A stretch of 64,000 nucleotides of DNA from Epithemia pelagica (Eukaryota; Protista; Bacillariophyta), in contig OX337228.1 of NCBI GenBank assembly GCA_946965045.2, positions 4,960,001-5,024,000 of the forward strand, given 5' to 3'. Of the stretch, positions 22,247 through 35,398 are shown piece by piece. Each line of letters starts with the position of its first letter. Position 1 is the first letter of the stretch. A program made the translations under genes and the position numbers. The notes under the pieces are model-generated. The model had not been told where the DNA came from. It worked only from the letters and a program-made list of their open reading frames with translations, and did not search any database.

Positions 22247-24728
22247 GATCGAAAGTGTTTTCGATAATGAACAGTGAAATTTTATGAACTGTGAGATGGA
22301 ATTGTTTTTGGGACGAATGGAAAAACAAAACTGTTCATCGGGTGAATGACTGGCTGCTGCTTGGGCTTGCTTCCGCACACGTTTCGTGCTTGAGTTTTGA
22401 TTGGTGGATGCGAGCTTGTTACGGTGTGCGGTTGCGGTTTTACGTTGTTTCGTCACTACTAAAAAACACAACTTGAGTCATTGGATATTGGACATTGCGC
22501 GAGATGCGAGATGCTTACCTCATTTCTTCGCCCTACGTAGTACCAACGCGCCACGATCGACGGGAGGCCCACAACGTATTCCTGTTTCACTATGAAGAAA
22601 ATAGTACGAGATTCGAATCTCTCTGTCGTGGCGATGCCCGCGAGTGACACTTTTGCGCAGTTCGTGATACGTGATCGGGTAACTTTTTTCTGATATCGCG
22701 CGCTTATCGCTCTTGCTCCGGGTGTGCCTACCTCTATCTACCCTCTACCGTATCAATTCAATCCCGTCCTTCCGCACTCAATCATTCTTGTAGAAAGAGC
22801 CCACTTTTTCAAGATTCAACAAAGCTGCCAATAATGTTGACTAAATTGTAAATTGTAAATGGAGGCATATTCTCCACCTGTGTGAATTGCAAAGGTCAAT
22901 GTGGAACACCATTCAATGAATCAAAATCCCTGCGATTGCGGGGGTACCTCCCGTCTGTTGTCTACACGGCTATGACCAAATTTTCGTAAAAAAGCTGAAA
23001 ACTATCTTCGTCAAATTTCTTATGATTTTGCAAAATATATAACGTCCAAGCCAACCGTAATAACTGGATTTGACGTATTGTAGACGTAGACGTATTGTAG
23101 CCGCTTGCGCTGGCGCACCTCCGTACATGGGAAATGGGAACTTTGAGCGAAGAAATCCACAAGCCAGATTTATACTCTGTTGTCTATACTGCTTCAGCAG
23201 CGAGTACTCTTCATGGAGTACTCAAGCTTCAATCGCTCACCCCAACCATGAAAAACACACCCATCACCCATGCTGCAATGCACCTACCAATGAAAGCTGC
23301 TGGGACTTTGTCTATGGCTAAGATAAAAGCATAGTCCACATGCTCCTAATATCTATCTACTCTTCTAGCTAGTTTAGGCTTCCTGCGCTTATCCATCGCA
23401 GGATGAAGCTGTCATTCGTTTGACTTCATCGTCCAAACCGTCTTCGCTTCTTCATTGCAGTGGTTGATTGTCATGTTGTCATCCTTCCATTGATGCAAGC
23501 CGCCTTGACATGTGATCTTGGTGAATTGTTTTGACCATAAAGTTGTCATTGTGGTCTTTCGTTACGCTGGATGGTTTGTTTTTGGTTTTTGGTGTGCCCA
23601 TGGTTTTCTTTTGTGGTGTTGCTCGAAAAGTGAGACGATTCAGGCCAGGAATACAAGGCGTGACCGGCGTGACAGGCGCGCCGATTTCGAACGATCAGAG
23701 GCATGCTTGCGCTTTGACACGGCTGGCGCTTTGGGAAAAAATACGAGACGATTTTTTCCTTTCGGATGACGGACGAACAAAGGTACCCCCGCAATCACTG
23801 CCTAAGTTGGTGCCTGACTTGGTCATGCGGTGGAACATCAATATTCAATATTGCTGTCCATGGTGATTCAGCAGTAGGAAAGGGAAGGGATCAATGATGA
23901 GGCACTTGGTCTAAGGTGGAGGGGGTGTTTGTATTTCAGCTTTGACATATAACGGTAAAGCTTGCAGATATTCCTAGCTAGTAGGAGTAAGTGCCAATGG
24001 TCTATGATCTGTCGATGTCTATTCTGCTCCTATTGTAGGAGTAGGATTACTTAGACACATAGCAAGGAGTGACAAAGCAAGAAGTTTAGGGATGGGGTTC
24101 AGTCTGCGTGCCGTACGTGATCTTCTGCCAGCTTGCGCCATCGGTGCGACTGAAGCAACCGGAAGCGTTGATATCACATGTCTGTCCTAATGATGTCGCA
24201 AATGATCTGGTTGGATGATGGTATCTCGCTCTGAAGAAGACAATTCTGCTTCCTACTTCCTGCTCCTACCACCTACTGCCAGAGAATAATAATTAACAAA
24301 CTCAATGACGTGTCGTTCGATGCTCAGCTCCTCCGAGTGACTCACTCGCATAATATCAGTCGCTGACAGATTTCTCTCAAAATGCCTTAGAATAAAGCGA
24401 CGAAGCAAAGTGGGATGAGTGAGATGAGGCCAACACAGACAAAAGAACAGATGACTACCTGTATTTGTGCCGTGGTCGACACGAGATGAGAGATAAACTG
24501 GAAGAGAGTTCCCTTCATTCTAATCCCATTGACGAGAAACACGTTTCGTTACACTGAAGTTGACAACTCTGTCTGTGTTTGTAGAATCGAGTCTTTGGAT
24601 GGCGTTGTCGGACCTTCCGAGGGTGGAAAGGAGCAGTAGGAGTCGTTTATATAGGGACTTGAAACCTTTGTTTTACGGCGGTAAATAAGTGGTGAGCGAA
24701 GGGGCGCTGGCTGGTTGTCACCCCAAGG

Positions 24729-26251
24729 ATGACTACCAATGCAAAAGACACATCAGGGGAACTCAGCCGGCCAGCACCAATATCAGCGACATCTTCAGTT
24801 GACAATCTCCAGGTTGCTACCAAATCGTCTATTGATGGAGTGGAGCAAACAAACGAAGGCAGATCTCGTGAAGGAGTAGCTGCGGAGTCAATAATGGTTC
24901 AATACGCCGATTCGAAGTCAAATCAACGCAATGAAGCCACCGTGAATGGTCCACTGGCTACAACAAGCCGCAGTAGTATCATATCACCTTCCGGTGGCCC
25001 ACTTGGAGGACCAGCGGGGAGCAATACCACCGCGCGAACGCATGGCATTCCGGCATTGCTCCTTCCTCCTCAGCATCAAACAAATGCAACACAACCTCAG
25101 ACAATCACTAGTTCAGGTCCTCTGGTGTTGACGGGGTTAGTGGCAGGATCACAGGCACCAGAATTTCTCTATCAGCTCACAAAAATGCTCACAGACGATA
25201 ACAGGGACACAATTGAATGGTGCAATGGTAGGTTTGGTATCGTGTTATTCTTGAAAGGAAGCGGAAGCATCTAATTCACGGCTTCTTCGTAACAGGCAAA
25301 ATTGAAGTTCACAGTCCTCAAAGGCTCGAATCGGATGTTCTGCACAAGTACTTTCGGCATTCAAAATTCGCTAGTTTCCAGCGTCAACTCAACTACTTCG
25401 GTTTTCGGAAACAAGCGGGGAAAGGGAAAATGGCGCCATGTTCGTACGTCAATGAGGATCTTCCTTCCAATGATCTTACTTGTCTTCTCAACATCAAGGT
25501 AAGTAAACCAGAATGTAAAACGGCCATTCTTGAAACCCTTCCTTACGCAAGCGTTTATCAGAGAAAAACGAGCGTCTCAACTGCAGCCAAAGAAAAGGAG
25601 AAACAGTCAAAGAAGAAAGAGCTTAAGATGACTCTGCAGAGCCACGAGCAGACAGCATCCAGTGTCAATCCGGTCTTAGCAGGGATTCTTCATCGCTCAT
25701 CAATGGCATCTACAGCCGAAGCAAAACTGTACTCATCGGAAACAACAACAAATGAATCACAGTCTGAGGCCACAAAATCTCATCACGCAGTAGCACAAGC
25801 AGCTGTGGGCCGGGGCATTCGCCATGGGGTAGGTCGCAGTCAAGTCCAGGTGAGCACTCGCTCTGGCCTGCTCTCGCAAACTGTACCGGTTGACGTGCCG
25901 TCTTCGGAACCGGAGGTAAAGCCTGCTGCAACCGTTGCAAATCCCCTGTCCCAACTAGCAACAAATTTTCAAAATTCGCTGAATGACCTGGTATCTGTTG
26001 ATGCTGTTCCGCAGGAACCAGCAGTGTCCACTACAACGATAAGCGACCAAGCTCTCTTTCCCGGTGGATTTCTAAGAAGAGACGATTCGTTGGTTGATCT
26101 CGCAATGATCCCTGTCGTTGAGAACAGCGAAGTGCCAGGTGAACTTCTTCAAGTTGGCACGAACAAAGAAGAAGCAACTGAAGATGTTGGACTTTGTTTC
26201 ATCGATTTCCCCAACCCAGATATCTTTCCCCTTGGACCAAAGCCCACCTAG
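24729..26251 (+). CDS. HSF: Heat shock transcription factor (diatom type, 3 exons)
   Basis: Exons 24729-25227, 25296-25498 and 25562-26251. DNA-binding domain [11 protein letters not shown]...IEWCNGKIEVH...[24 protein letters not shown]. Confidence 0.92.
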
Positions 26252-26396
26252 AACTTCAGTGTAGGTCACTTGTTCCCTCCAGAATCGCGACACGGGAGAG
26301 TGCGGATACCGCACTTTGTTGCTGTTCAGGCGAGGGAATCTTCAAAAATTCATCTGCATGCGGGTAGAAAGGGGAATGATCGTTTCTACCAGCCTC

Positions 26397-27656
26397 TTAG
26401 GTATCGGGAATGAGAACCGTTTGCGTCCAGTCAATATCGACGGACATAACGGAGTCGCATTCACTAGAATGAATGGCCTCTGGTAGATCGTCCGTGCATT
26501 CAGATGACACCACGCAAGATAGTTGCAGCTTGCAAACTCCATATCCGATAGGAACGACCATATGATAGCATGTATCATTATTTTCACTTGAATTCAGAGG
26601 TCTCCAGGTTATCCTCAACTGTTTCTCTCCGATAAAGTAGTCAGTTTTCGATCGTACACGATTTGAGAGGGCGATCAAATCAACATCAGTATCCACTGGC
26701 TTGATTTCAAGGAACACCAGCATCAGACACTCATTATTATTTTGTCGGTCTGCGGTGGTCGCAGACCGAAAGTCATGCCGTGATCGCTCCACAAGTTCAC
26801 CCAATTTCTCTTTGAGCTCGTCTGACCGCACATTGTGAATAGAGGATGCATGATCTTCGGTAGACGAATGTTCATGCCAGATGACGGTTATTACGGAAGC
26901 AAAAGCTGAAGGGCTGTCTCCATCCAATAGTTCTCTCGTAACGAGAACGAAAGCAAATGGCCTCATCGTTCCACTAACTGGCAACATTTCCCACACATGA
27001 AGTACGGGATCCCAAGCTTTCGACAGAAATTTATTCAAAATAATTTGCAATGTGTGTTCTTCGGCAAGTGTAACGATCAACATGAAGCCGCCCTGTGGGA
27101 CAAGAAGGCGGTGGGCTTCTCCAAAGAGTGCGGTGGATTGAAGTTTGTTTTCTTCAACCGCCTCTTTGGCAAATATAGCATCAACAAAACCCTTGTCGAT
27201 CCAGCAGTGAAAGGATGATCTGTCAAACTGCATGGGAGGTTTCAGAATATCTTCCAAGACGTACGAAACTTTAATTGGACTATCATCATGATTTCGTACG
27301 CTGTTGGACTTGTCATGAATCTGCCGCATCTCCGCAATGGCCGTCTCGGAAACATCGACCACCACCTGCTCATAATCTTCAAATTCTTCCCTCAGTACCA
27401 GAGGTAAGAGTGATGTTCCTGATCCGGGGTGTATCATGCGCATGCTCTCGTGACGAGACGTGGACCACGTCTTTTTCTGACTGTTCAAATGGTATGAAAT
27501 GACGCGAACAACCTCTTCAGGATTGCTGTACCATTCGAATGACTTGTGTCCATGCTGCACACAGACTAATTTGAACCAAGAATCCCAATACTCGGCATCT
27601 TGTCTTCCTGAAGGATCACCTAGACGACGAAGTTGTTCTTCAATGTTGAAGCTCAT
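26397..27656 (-). CDS. METTL13 N-terminal-like class I methyltransferase fused to an eEF1B C-terminal-like domain
   Basis: Single ORF. Methyltransferase motifs EYWDSWF, SFEWY, IHPGSGTS, VVDVSETAI, IDKGFVDAIF and VTLAEEH; eEF1B-like motifs LEIKPVDTDVDL..L...VRS, VVPIGYGVCKLQLSCVV and SVDID. Confidence 0.85.
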   Translation of the reverse strand: MSFNIEEQLRRLGDPSGRQDAEYWDSWFKLVCVQHGHKSFEWYSNPEEVVRVISYHLNSQKKTWSTSRHESMRMIHPGSGTSLLPLVLREEFEDYEQVVVDVSETAIAEMRQIHDKSNSVRNHDDSPIKVSYVLEDILKPPMQFDRSSFHCWIDKGFVDAIFAKEAVEENKLQSTALFGEAHRLLVPQGGFMLIVTLAEEHTLQIILNKFLSKAWDPVLHVWEMLPVSGTMRPFAFVLVTRELLDGDSPSAFASVITVIWHEHSSTEDHASSIHNVRSDELKEKLGELVERSRHDFRSATTADRQNNNECLMLVFLEIKPVDTDVDLIALSNRVRSKTDYFIGEKQLRITWRPLNSSENNDTCYHMVVPIGYGVCKLQLSCVVSSECTDDLPEAIHSSECDSVMSVDIDWTQTVLIPDT

Positions 27657-27966
27657 GTTGCAAGTAGACTGCACTGCGTGGATTGTGAGAGATTCTTGTG
27701 GGCATCTCGTTCATGTCTGGTATGGTTGTGTGGTCGCGTGGCCTCCCACAAACTCTCGCAAGTCACGTGACGTACAGACCGCAGCCCTAGCTAGCAAAAA
27801 GTACCAAGGTAGTCCTAACTACTCCTATACACCAGTAGACTTGAGGAGAATAGGAGTACTCCTAACTAATAACTCGTCGTCATAAAAGTGGTGACATCTA
27901 TTCGTACTGTCGTCATAATTTAATTTCATCATATTCATTTTCGATCATTGATGTAGGGTCGAGTTG

Positions 27967-29031
27967 CTAAACAATCGACTCACCGTCAACAGTTCCGGAA
28001 GCGGTTTCCGAGGAAACCGCTCTTTCCAAATCAAAATTACAGAGTGGGCACTTGACATGATTTCGCGTCCACGCTTGGATACACTCTTGGTGAAAGACGT
28101 GGCCGCATGGCAATTGAGTCAAAGCCTCAGACTCTTCATATTCTGACAAGCAAATGGAGCAATGGTTATCCATTTCCGTGTTCCCCTTTGTTGGTACAGC
28201 ACCGTAATCTCCCTTCTTGTCGACCACGAGGACGCCGCTTGTGGTCGAGGCTTTCCATTGGAATTGTTTCCATTGGGCTTGGGCCTCATCACTTACACCG
28301 GGCGACTGCAATTCTTCCGCTCCGTCTGGTCGACCATATCCACCTTCCATCATGTGTCGTTGGGATTCCATAATTGCCAGCGCCAATTGGGCTTGGAACG
28401 ATAACCGGGCGAATTCGTTGCGATCAACCTCTGTGGTATTGTTGTTATTCTGTAGGTAAGCTTCAATCCTTCGATCCAACTCTTCTTCACGTTCGCGGTT
28501 GAATCGGATCCAACGTGCGGTCCAAGAGGTACCCAATAAACAAAGAAGTAACAGAGTGGGGTCTCTCTTTTGCAAGCACTCAATCCACAGTCGAAAGAGG
28601 ACAAAGACAGCAAGCAGTACACACGCGGAAGAACGTCGACGCGACAATTCTCGTTGTTCTTCTAACTCCGCCAGCGTCATGGTGTTGCCCCGAGTTTCCG
28701 GTCCATGGATTGTGAATTCATCTGCAGTCACCGATTCTCGCTCATCACCAACCTGTTCACCATCGCCGGTGTCATCTTGTGCTTCTTGTTCATCCGAAAC
28801 ATTCGGACGGGTGGCTTCACTGTTGTTTCCAGCGGATGCCTCCGAGGAACGTTGTTGCTCATGTACAGCATCCGATATACCGGACTCCAAATCTTGCTCA
28901 CCAGAGCTACGAGCTGTCTCTTCATTCGATGCTACGCCGTCCTCCTCTTGAGCTTGCACACGTTCACTTCCATAACGAGCACGCTGCCGGTCAATGGCAA
29001 ACACATTGTTCAGAGCGGAACTGAGCGACAT
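27967..29031 (-). CDS. Membrane-anchored RING-H2 E3 ubiquitin ligase
   Basis: C-terminal CSICLSEY...LPCGHVFHQECIQAW...CPLC, with two hydrophobic segments (ACVLLAVFVLFRLWI; LLLLCLLGTSW). Confidence 0.9.
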   Translation of the reverse strand: MSLSSALNNVFAIDRQRARYGSERVQAQEEDGVASNEETARSSGEQDLESGISDAVHEQQRSSEASAGNNSEATRPNVSDEQEAQDDTGDGEQVGDERESVTADEFTIHGPETRGNTMTLAELEEQRELSRRRSSACVLLAVFVLFRLWIECLQKRDPTLLLLCLLGTSWTARWIRFNREREEELDRRIEAYLQNNNNTTEVDRNEFARLSFQAQLALAIMESQRHMMEGGYGRPDGAEELQSPGVSDEAQAQWKQFQWKASTTSGVLVVDKKGDYGAVPTKGNTEMDNHCSICLSEYEESEALTQLPCGHVFHQECIQAWTRNHVKCPLCNFDLERAVSSETASGTVDGESIV

Positions 29032-29832
29032 GCTTTTTCAAGTACGTTCCAATTCTTGGTTCCAAATTCTTTAAAAAGTGGCAAAAATCACTTTCAATTT
29101 AATAACGTTCAATTGACAAGAATTTTTCGCACGATAAGGAGCAAGGTCTTTGGGCAAACAGCACAGTCGAACGTCTTTCTTCACAGGCTGCAGCAAAGCG
29201 CAAAGGATGAAGATTGAAATGTGAAATGGTACAACCACCACCAGGGATCAATTGATTTTAGGAGAGTTTGGTCACGGATGAAAAAGGTATTTGTCGGTAG
29301 GTGTAGACGACTTTTCAGCCGTGTCGTCTTTTTGTTTTATGTTTCGGTGACCACGAGTTCTGTTCTCGAGTCTGCTCTAGTGTTTTCGCTGTTGTGCCCG
29401 AGAGAAGAGAAGATGGGGCGAGAAACATTCTTTCGACGACCGGGAATCGGGCGAGAGCGCCCGCAGGCGTGGACTTGCCAAAAAAACTTGCGGGATAAGG
29501 GTTTTGAATTTTGAATTTCAAACTTCAAAATTTCGGACGTCGGGGATCAACGGATCAAACAGAAGAAACAAGATTCAGTTTTAGGTTTTAGCGTCATTTT
29601 GTGCATCCAAAAAAGTGTGATCGAACGGCCGAACGACCACAACCGAAACCGAGGTCTCTCTCAGGGTAATAAAGCACTTTCTCTTTGGACTTTTGTTGCG
29701 CAAGACCTGGAAAGTAGTTCGTCGACTGGTCCCGACAAAGTTTTGCTTGGCTGTGAGAAGGGATTCCGTGATCACAAGTACATCTCGTCATTTCTCTTGG
29801 TGTTCATTTCGACAAGATTGGAGGCAGTCACC

Positions 29833-31825
29833 ATGTCGGAACCATCATGGGCTAAGGATAATGGCAGAGCATCGATCTCGAGGGATGCATCCAAGAAGAT
29901 TGCAGGGACGGGACAAGGCAGCGATGCCGTAATGGATGAAGTGGCGGATCGAACGGCTGTGATTTCCAATCGACTTAAAACTATCTACAAGAAGAGCGTC
30001 GAGACGGTTGAAAAACGATACCGATATGATTACTTTTATGAATCTCCCTACCTCACAGATGTGGAGTTTGATGGTAAGCTCCAATTCATGTTCCTCAGTC
30101 TCTTGTTGATCACATGACTGTGTTCTCATTTTTTGTCGAATAACCTTTTGGATAGCCAAACCAATGGTCTTGTTGGTGGGACAGTACAGTGTTGGTAAAA
30201 CATCTTTCATTCGGTACGACATCTGGTACTATTTTCTTTGTACCCACATTCTTTGCATAAAGGTCAATCTCACATCGACGGCTTATTCATTTTGACTACA
30301 GTTATGTCCTGGGCCGTGATTTTCCAGGTCAACGCATTGGTCCCGAACCTACGACAGATCGGTTCACGGTGCTTTTGAATGGTCCCGAAGAACGCACCAT
30401 TCCTGGAAATGCCTTATCGGTTCATCCGGATTTACCGTTCCGAGGGTTGGAGAGATTCGGTGTCAGTTTCTTGTCGAGACTGGAGGGTTCTCAGTTGCCA
30501 AGTAGCGTTTTGCGGTCGGTAACGTTGATCGATACTCCAGGTATCTTGTCAGGGGAGAAACAAAGAACGAATCGCGGATATGATTTTACCAAAGTTGTGT
30601 CTTGGTTTGCTGAAAAGGCTGATTTGATCATTTTGTTGTTTGATGCCCACAAACTTGACATTAGCGACGAGCTCAAAGGCGCCATTGACGTGCTCAAGGG
30701 GCATGAGGACAAGATCCGATGCATCTTGAATAAGGCGGATCAGATTGATCGACAGCAACTGATGCGTGTGTATGGTGCCCTTTTGTGGTCTCTCGGAAAG
30801 ACCATGACTTCCCCCGAAGTTGCGCGAGTGTACGTAGGGAGTTTCTGGAGTGAGTCACTTGTAAACTTGGACAATGCCGACTTGTTCGAGATGGAGGAAA
30901 AGGATTTGATGAAGGATTTGGCAATTCTTCCACGCCAATCAGCGGTCCGGAAAATTAATGAGCTTGTCAAGCGTTTGCGAAAAGTTAAAACATTGGCCTA
31001 CATTATCGGATATCTCAAGTCACAAATGCCTGCCGTAATGGGAAAAGAAAAGAAGCAGAAGAAGCTCATTGCAGACTTGCCTAACGTATTCCGTACCATC
31101 ATGAAAAAATATGATTTGTCTCCAGGTGACTTCCCTGACATCACCCAGTTCTCAGCAAAATTGAGTGAATCACGATTCTCTGAGTTCAATACGTTGAAAG
31201 ACAGTCAGATCGCGGAACTCGACAAAGTACTCAATGAAGACATTCCCGCTCTGATGGAACTTCTGCCCAGTGAAAAAGACACACCTGAATCACTCAAAGC
31301 AAAATACTCAGATCCTTCAAGACAAGAAGTGGCAATCCCCGTTGGCACTGCCAAGTTTGGCAAAAAGGACGCTTATGATGCCAATCCATTTGGATTTGGA
31401 GAAGATGAAGACAACTACTGGTAAGTGGTATTCATCGTCCGTTATGTTGATCCATGCTGTCTTAGACAAACCTAACGGGATTTACGTTCCTTATTTTTGG
31501 AAAAAGGGCACTGCAAGAGTCTGCTGAGCGTTTGAGAGGGGCATTCGAGGAACTTGGGCCCCAGGGAGGTTTCTTGTCCACTGAAACAGCGAGAGATGTT
31601 TTGGTAAAGACAGGATTGGACAGGGATCAGCTCCGACAAATCTGGAACTTGAGTGACATTGATCGCGATGGTTTGTTTGATCATGATGAATATGTAGTGG
31701 CGATGTTCTTGTGTGACGCGGTAGTACAAAAGGGTCGTCCGATTCCGACCGAGTTACCACAGTCGGTCGTTCCTCCAAAAAAAAGAGAACTCATCAAAGC
31801 TCGCAAAGCTGGGACGCATTTCTAA
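29833..31825 (+). CDS. EHD: EH domain-containing dynamin-like ATPase (EHD/RME-1, 4 exons)
   Basis: Exons 29833-30073, 30156-30213, 30302-31420 and 31507-31825. P-loop GQYSVGKTS, GPEPTTDRF, IDTPG and LNKAD; C-terminal EH domain (LRQIWNLSDIDRDG). Confidence 0.95.
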
Positions 31826-32080
31826 GTGAGTTATCTATCGGATAGTCCCTTCAGCGGTTTATGTAGATGTTTATGTAGATGAAAGCCCATCCACTCCTAA
31901 ATAGATCATTTCTCACGGGCAAAACGTAGTCCCAGCTGCACCCTACTAAGGGTAGGAGTAAGGAGTAATACTGAGAAATAGCTAGCCCACCTAGCGCTTT
32001 TTCAGAGGCGAACAAAAGGCGAACGACTCATTATTTTTCTTAGATATATCGCTAAATATAGGTAGACAGAAGAATGGACC

Positions 32081-35000
32081 ATGGCTCCTTCAGGACCGAA
32101 TGCAACTGATAATGCTTCGGTCGCCGGGCCTGGTTCCCTGCTGGCCCCAAATGATAAATGGATTCCAGTTACGTGGATGCCTCACACAAACCTCTCCCAG
32201 ACGTCTCACGTCAGTGTTAAAATTCGTTCGGTCCAAGTGACGAGAAAACGTAGTTACGGATTTTCAAGCATCAATCGTGGTGAAAGTCAAAACCCTGCAG
32301 ATTTAAACGACGATGAGGGCGAAGAAGAAGATGAATGGAGAGTCAGGGTGACGTTGTGTCATGGGGGAGGCAACGTGCTTGAAAATATGTGCTCTCATTT
32401 GTCGTTAAGCAGTCAAACTCCTGCAGCTTCTGTTGAACCGCGGTCGTATTTCAGCTCGACGAACCTTGAATCGACATTTCATATCATCCCTCGAGTTTCG
32501 GGATCGACACACGAGTGCCACTGGGAGAATGTTGTCCATCTTGCGATGAGATGGAGAGATGTGCCTAGAGACTCTTATTTCTTGTTCGAAGTGCTTGATT
32601 GGGATAACTCTGTGGTATGTGGATCGTGCAAAATAACAAGGAATAGGCTCCTTTCTGCGCCTCACACTTCCGTGCTCCAAATAACAGATCTATCGAGCTT
32701 TTCTTCCACTGTTTTCCAGGTATGGAAGGCTTCAGACAGGATTACGACGGGTTGAGCTTACAGCAGCCCCGCTTGATCCGTGCCGCAACTATGGCCTCTA
32801 TCCACTTGTGCGGCGGAGCGAACGAAAGGACGAAGATAACTTGTTCGCAGAGAAAGATCCTGTATGGAAGGCATCCTTTATTCTCAATCAGATTTCTCGA
32901 TTCGATGAGAAGAATCGAAACTACGGAGTGTTTGGCGCGATACCGTCTGTACCGTGGCTAGACAGTTGGGAAAGGGAAAGCTGTCAAAAAGTTATCGCGA
33001 ACATGGAAGCAGAGGACCAAAACTGGAGAGACCGAGACAACAATCGTCTAGGATGGCTTATCGTTGAACTGCCACATAGCTTGTTCGATATCCCGATTAT
33101 GCACGAGGAAACATTCTACAACACACCCACAGAAGGGGCATGTGGGGCAATTTCTCCCCTCGAGATGGCCGTGTACAGAAAACGGAGAGCCGCGACCTTG
33201 AATGGGCATGGATCTCCTAGCTTCGACGTTCTGGATTTGGCGGCATTTTTAGATTATGAGAACGAAAACGACAATCCTGTGGAAGACAAGTATCGAACCT
33301 TGGCACACGATCTTCTCCGTGGATTGGTTGACCCGGCGCTTAAGCCAGATCGAGAACAACGTACGAAATTGGACGCCATCATTGATTCTCCATCGCATCA
33401 CCCCAGTAGAGAAGAGAAAGATTTGCTATGGCGTTTCAGGTTCAGTCTGGTTGACAACCGACGCGCCCTGACAAAGTTTTTGCTTGCAGTTGATTGGACG
33501 GTTGACAGTGAAGTGGTCCAAGCCGTCGAGCTTCTGGAGCAGTGGCGCAAGAGGAGTCCCATAGAAGTGACAGATGCTCTGAAACTTTTGGGAAAGCATG
33601 TGGCCTTCCAAACAAATCTTGTCAGGTCGTACGCGATTGACACTTTAGCAGCTGCTCCTGATAGTGAGCTACGGCTGTACCTTCTTCAACTCGTCCAGGC
33701 ACTCAAATATGAAACAACAGACGACCCAATGGATAGTCAACCTGGCACTCCCGAGAACAGAGAACAGACACAAGCAAATGAGCGCAACGAACGTCTTTCA
33801 TCTCTGGCCAACTTTCTTATCCATCGGGCAGCTGGTAATCTTGACTTGGCCAATTTCCTTTACTGGTACTTGAAAGTTGAAAAGCAAAGCCCGACACATG
33901 GCGCAAGATACCGCAGAGTCTTTGCGGCATTAGAAGAACGCTTGTCTGCTACAGAGTTTGTCCTCCCAGGAGTCTTCAACGTGGCAACACAAGATGATAT
34001 TCTTAATTCGTCTTCACGACCTTTCCGAACGATTGTCGACTCCGTATCCAAAATTGGGTCGTCGTTTCGACACACCGACAATCCTTCTTCGACGTCTATG
34101 GATGGAGAATCTGGTAGGAAAGCTGGTCGTAAGCGAACAGTGTGGGATGTTTTGGTCGCCCAGGTAAGATGTGTGACTTGTATTTCTTATACGACCGATT
34201 TCAAATTGATTCTAACCTATTCTCCATCTTTGACGTAGGATAAGTTCATTTCGGGTGTGATGGAAATTCAGCAGCGATGTCGTGACGTAAGAGGAAAGAG
34301 AGATGCCAAGGAAGCCCAACTGCAGTCGACACTTGCGGAGGAGGGATTTGATCGAAGCTCGCAGAGACATGCGTTTCCCCTTCCTTCAGCCCCGAATATT
34401 CTAGTGAACGGTTTAAGGCCAGATTCAGCAAAAATGTTCAAGTCAGCCCTATATCCTGCACTTGTTGAATTCCACGTCGAAGCTACCGTTCCTTCGGCAT
34501 CACAAGATGTATCTCATCCACAGGGCACGATGTCGGGATACAAAGTAATCGTTAAGACAGGAGACGATCTTCGCCAGGACCAGTTGATCATCATGATGAT
34601 ACAACTCATGGATGGGCTGTTGAAGCGAGCTGCACTTGACCTTTGTCTTACCCCATATGCAGTGATTGCAATGTCCCCGTCTTCTGGGTTGGTCGAATTT
34701 GTTGATGGCTCATTACCGATATCCCAAATCTTAACCAACCATGCTGGATCGATCATGCAGTTTTTTCAGAGCACATCGCCCGAAAAGGGAGCCAAGTATG
34801 ACGTACGGCCGGAAACCATGGCCACGTATGTTCGTAGTTGTGCGGGGTACTGTGTCATTACTTATATATTGGGTATTGGAGACCGTCATCTGGATAACTT
34901 ACTGCTTCGTTCTTCGGGTCATTTCTTCCATATTGACTTTGGATTTTGCTTTGGCAGGGATCCGAAGCCTCTTCCACCGGCGTTCCGCTTAACGAGGGAG

Positions 35001-35398
35001 GTAAGTTTTGAATTTCATGGTATGCACCTGTGTTGCTTGTGTTCTTCTTTCTCTTACTTGGAGTTTGTTAGATGGTGGACGGTATGGGAGGGATCGATAG
35101 CGCCGAATACCGTCAATTCTGCTCTTTAGCATGCCAGGCGTTCAACGCGATTAGGAAGAGCGCTGGATTGGTGCTGAACTTGTTGAATCTCATGGGCGAT
35201 GCTGGCATTGATGATCTTTCGAACAACCCATCGGCGAATGTGGACGGAGTTATATCCAAGGTCGAAGAGAGATTCCGCCTTGATTTGAATGACGAACAAG
35301 CAGAACGATACTTCAGGGGACTTATTGACGATTGTCTCGCCGCCATCGCTCCGAGAGTCATGGACGTCTTTCACTCGTTCTCGGTGGCCCGCAGATAG
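32081..35398 (+). CDS. VPS34: Class III phosphatidylinositol 3-kinase (4 exons)
   Basis: Exons 32081-32614, 32688-34163, 34239-35000 and 35072-35398. C2 region, helical domain (LLWRFRF, LTKFLLAVDW, LYLLQLVQALKYE) and kinase motifs KTGDDLRQDQL, GIGDRHLDN and HIDFGFCFGRDPKP. Confidence 0.95.

Noticed and set aside
27967-35398. RING ligase, EHD and Vps34 adjacent, suggesting an endosomal gene cluster
   Set aside because: These are housekeeping genes in a dense eukaryotic genome with no shared regulatory feature seen. Chance adjacency is sufficient unless synteny is shown.
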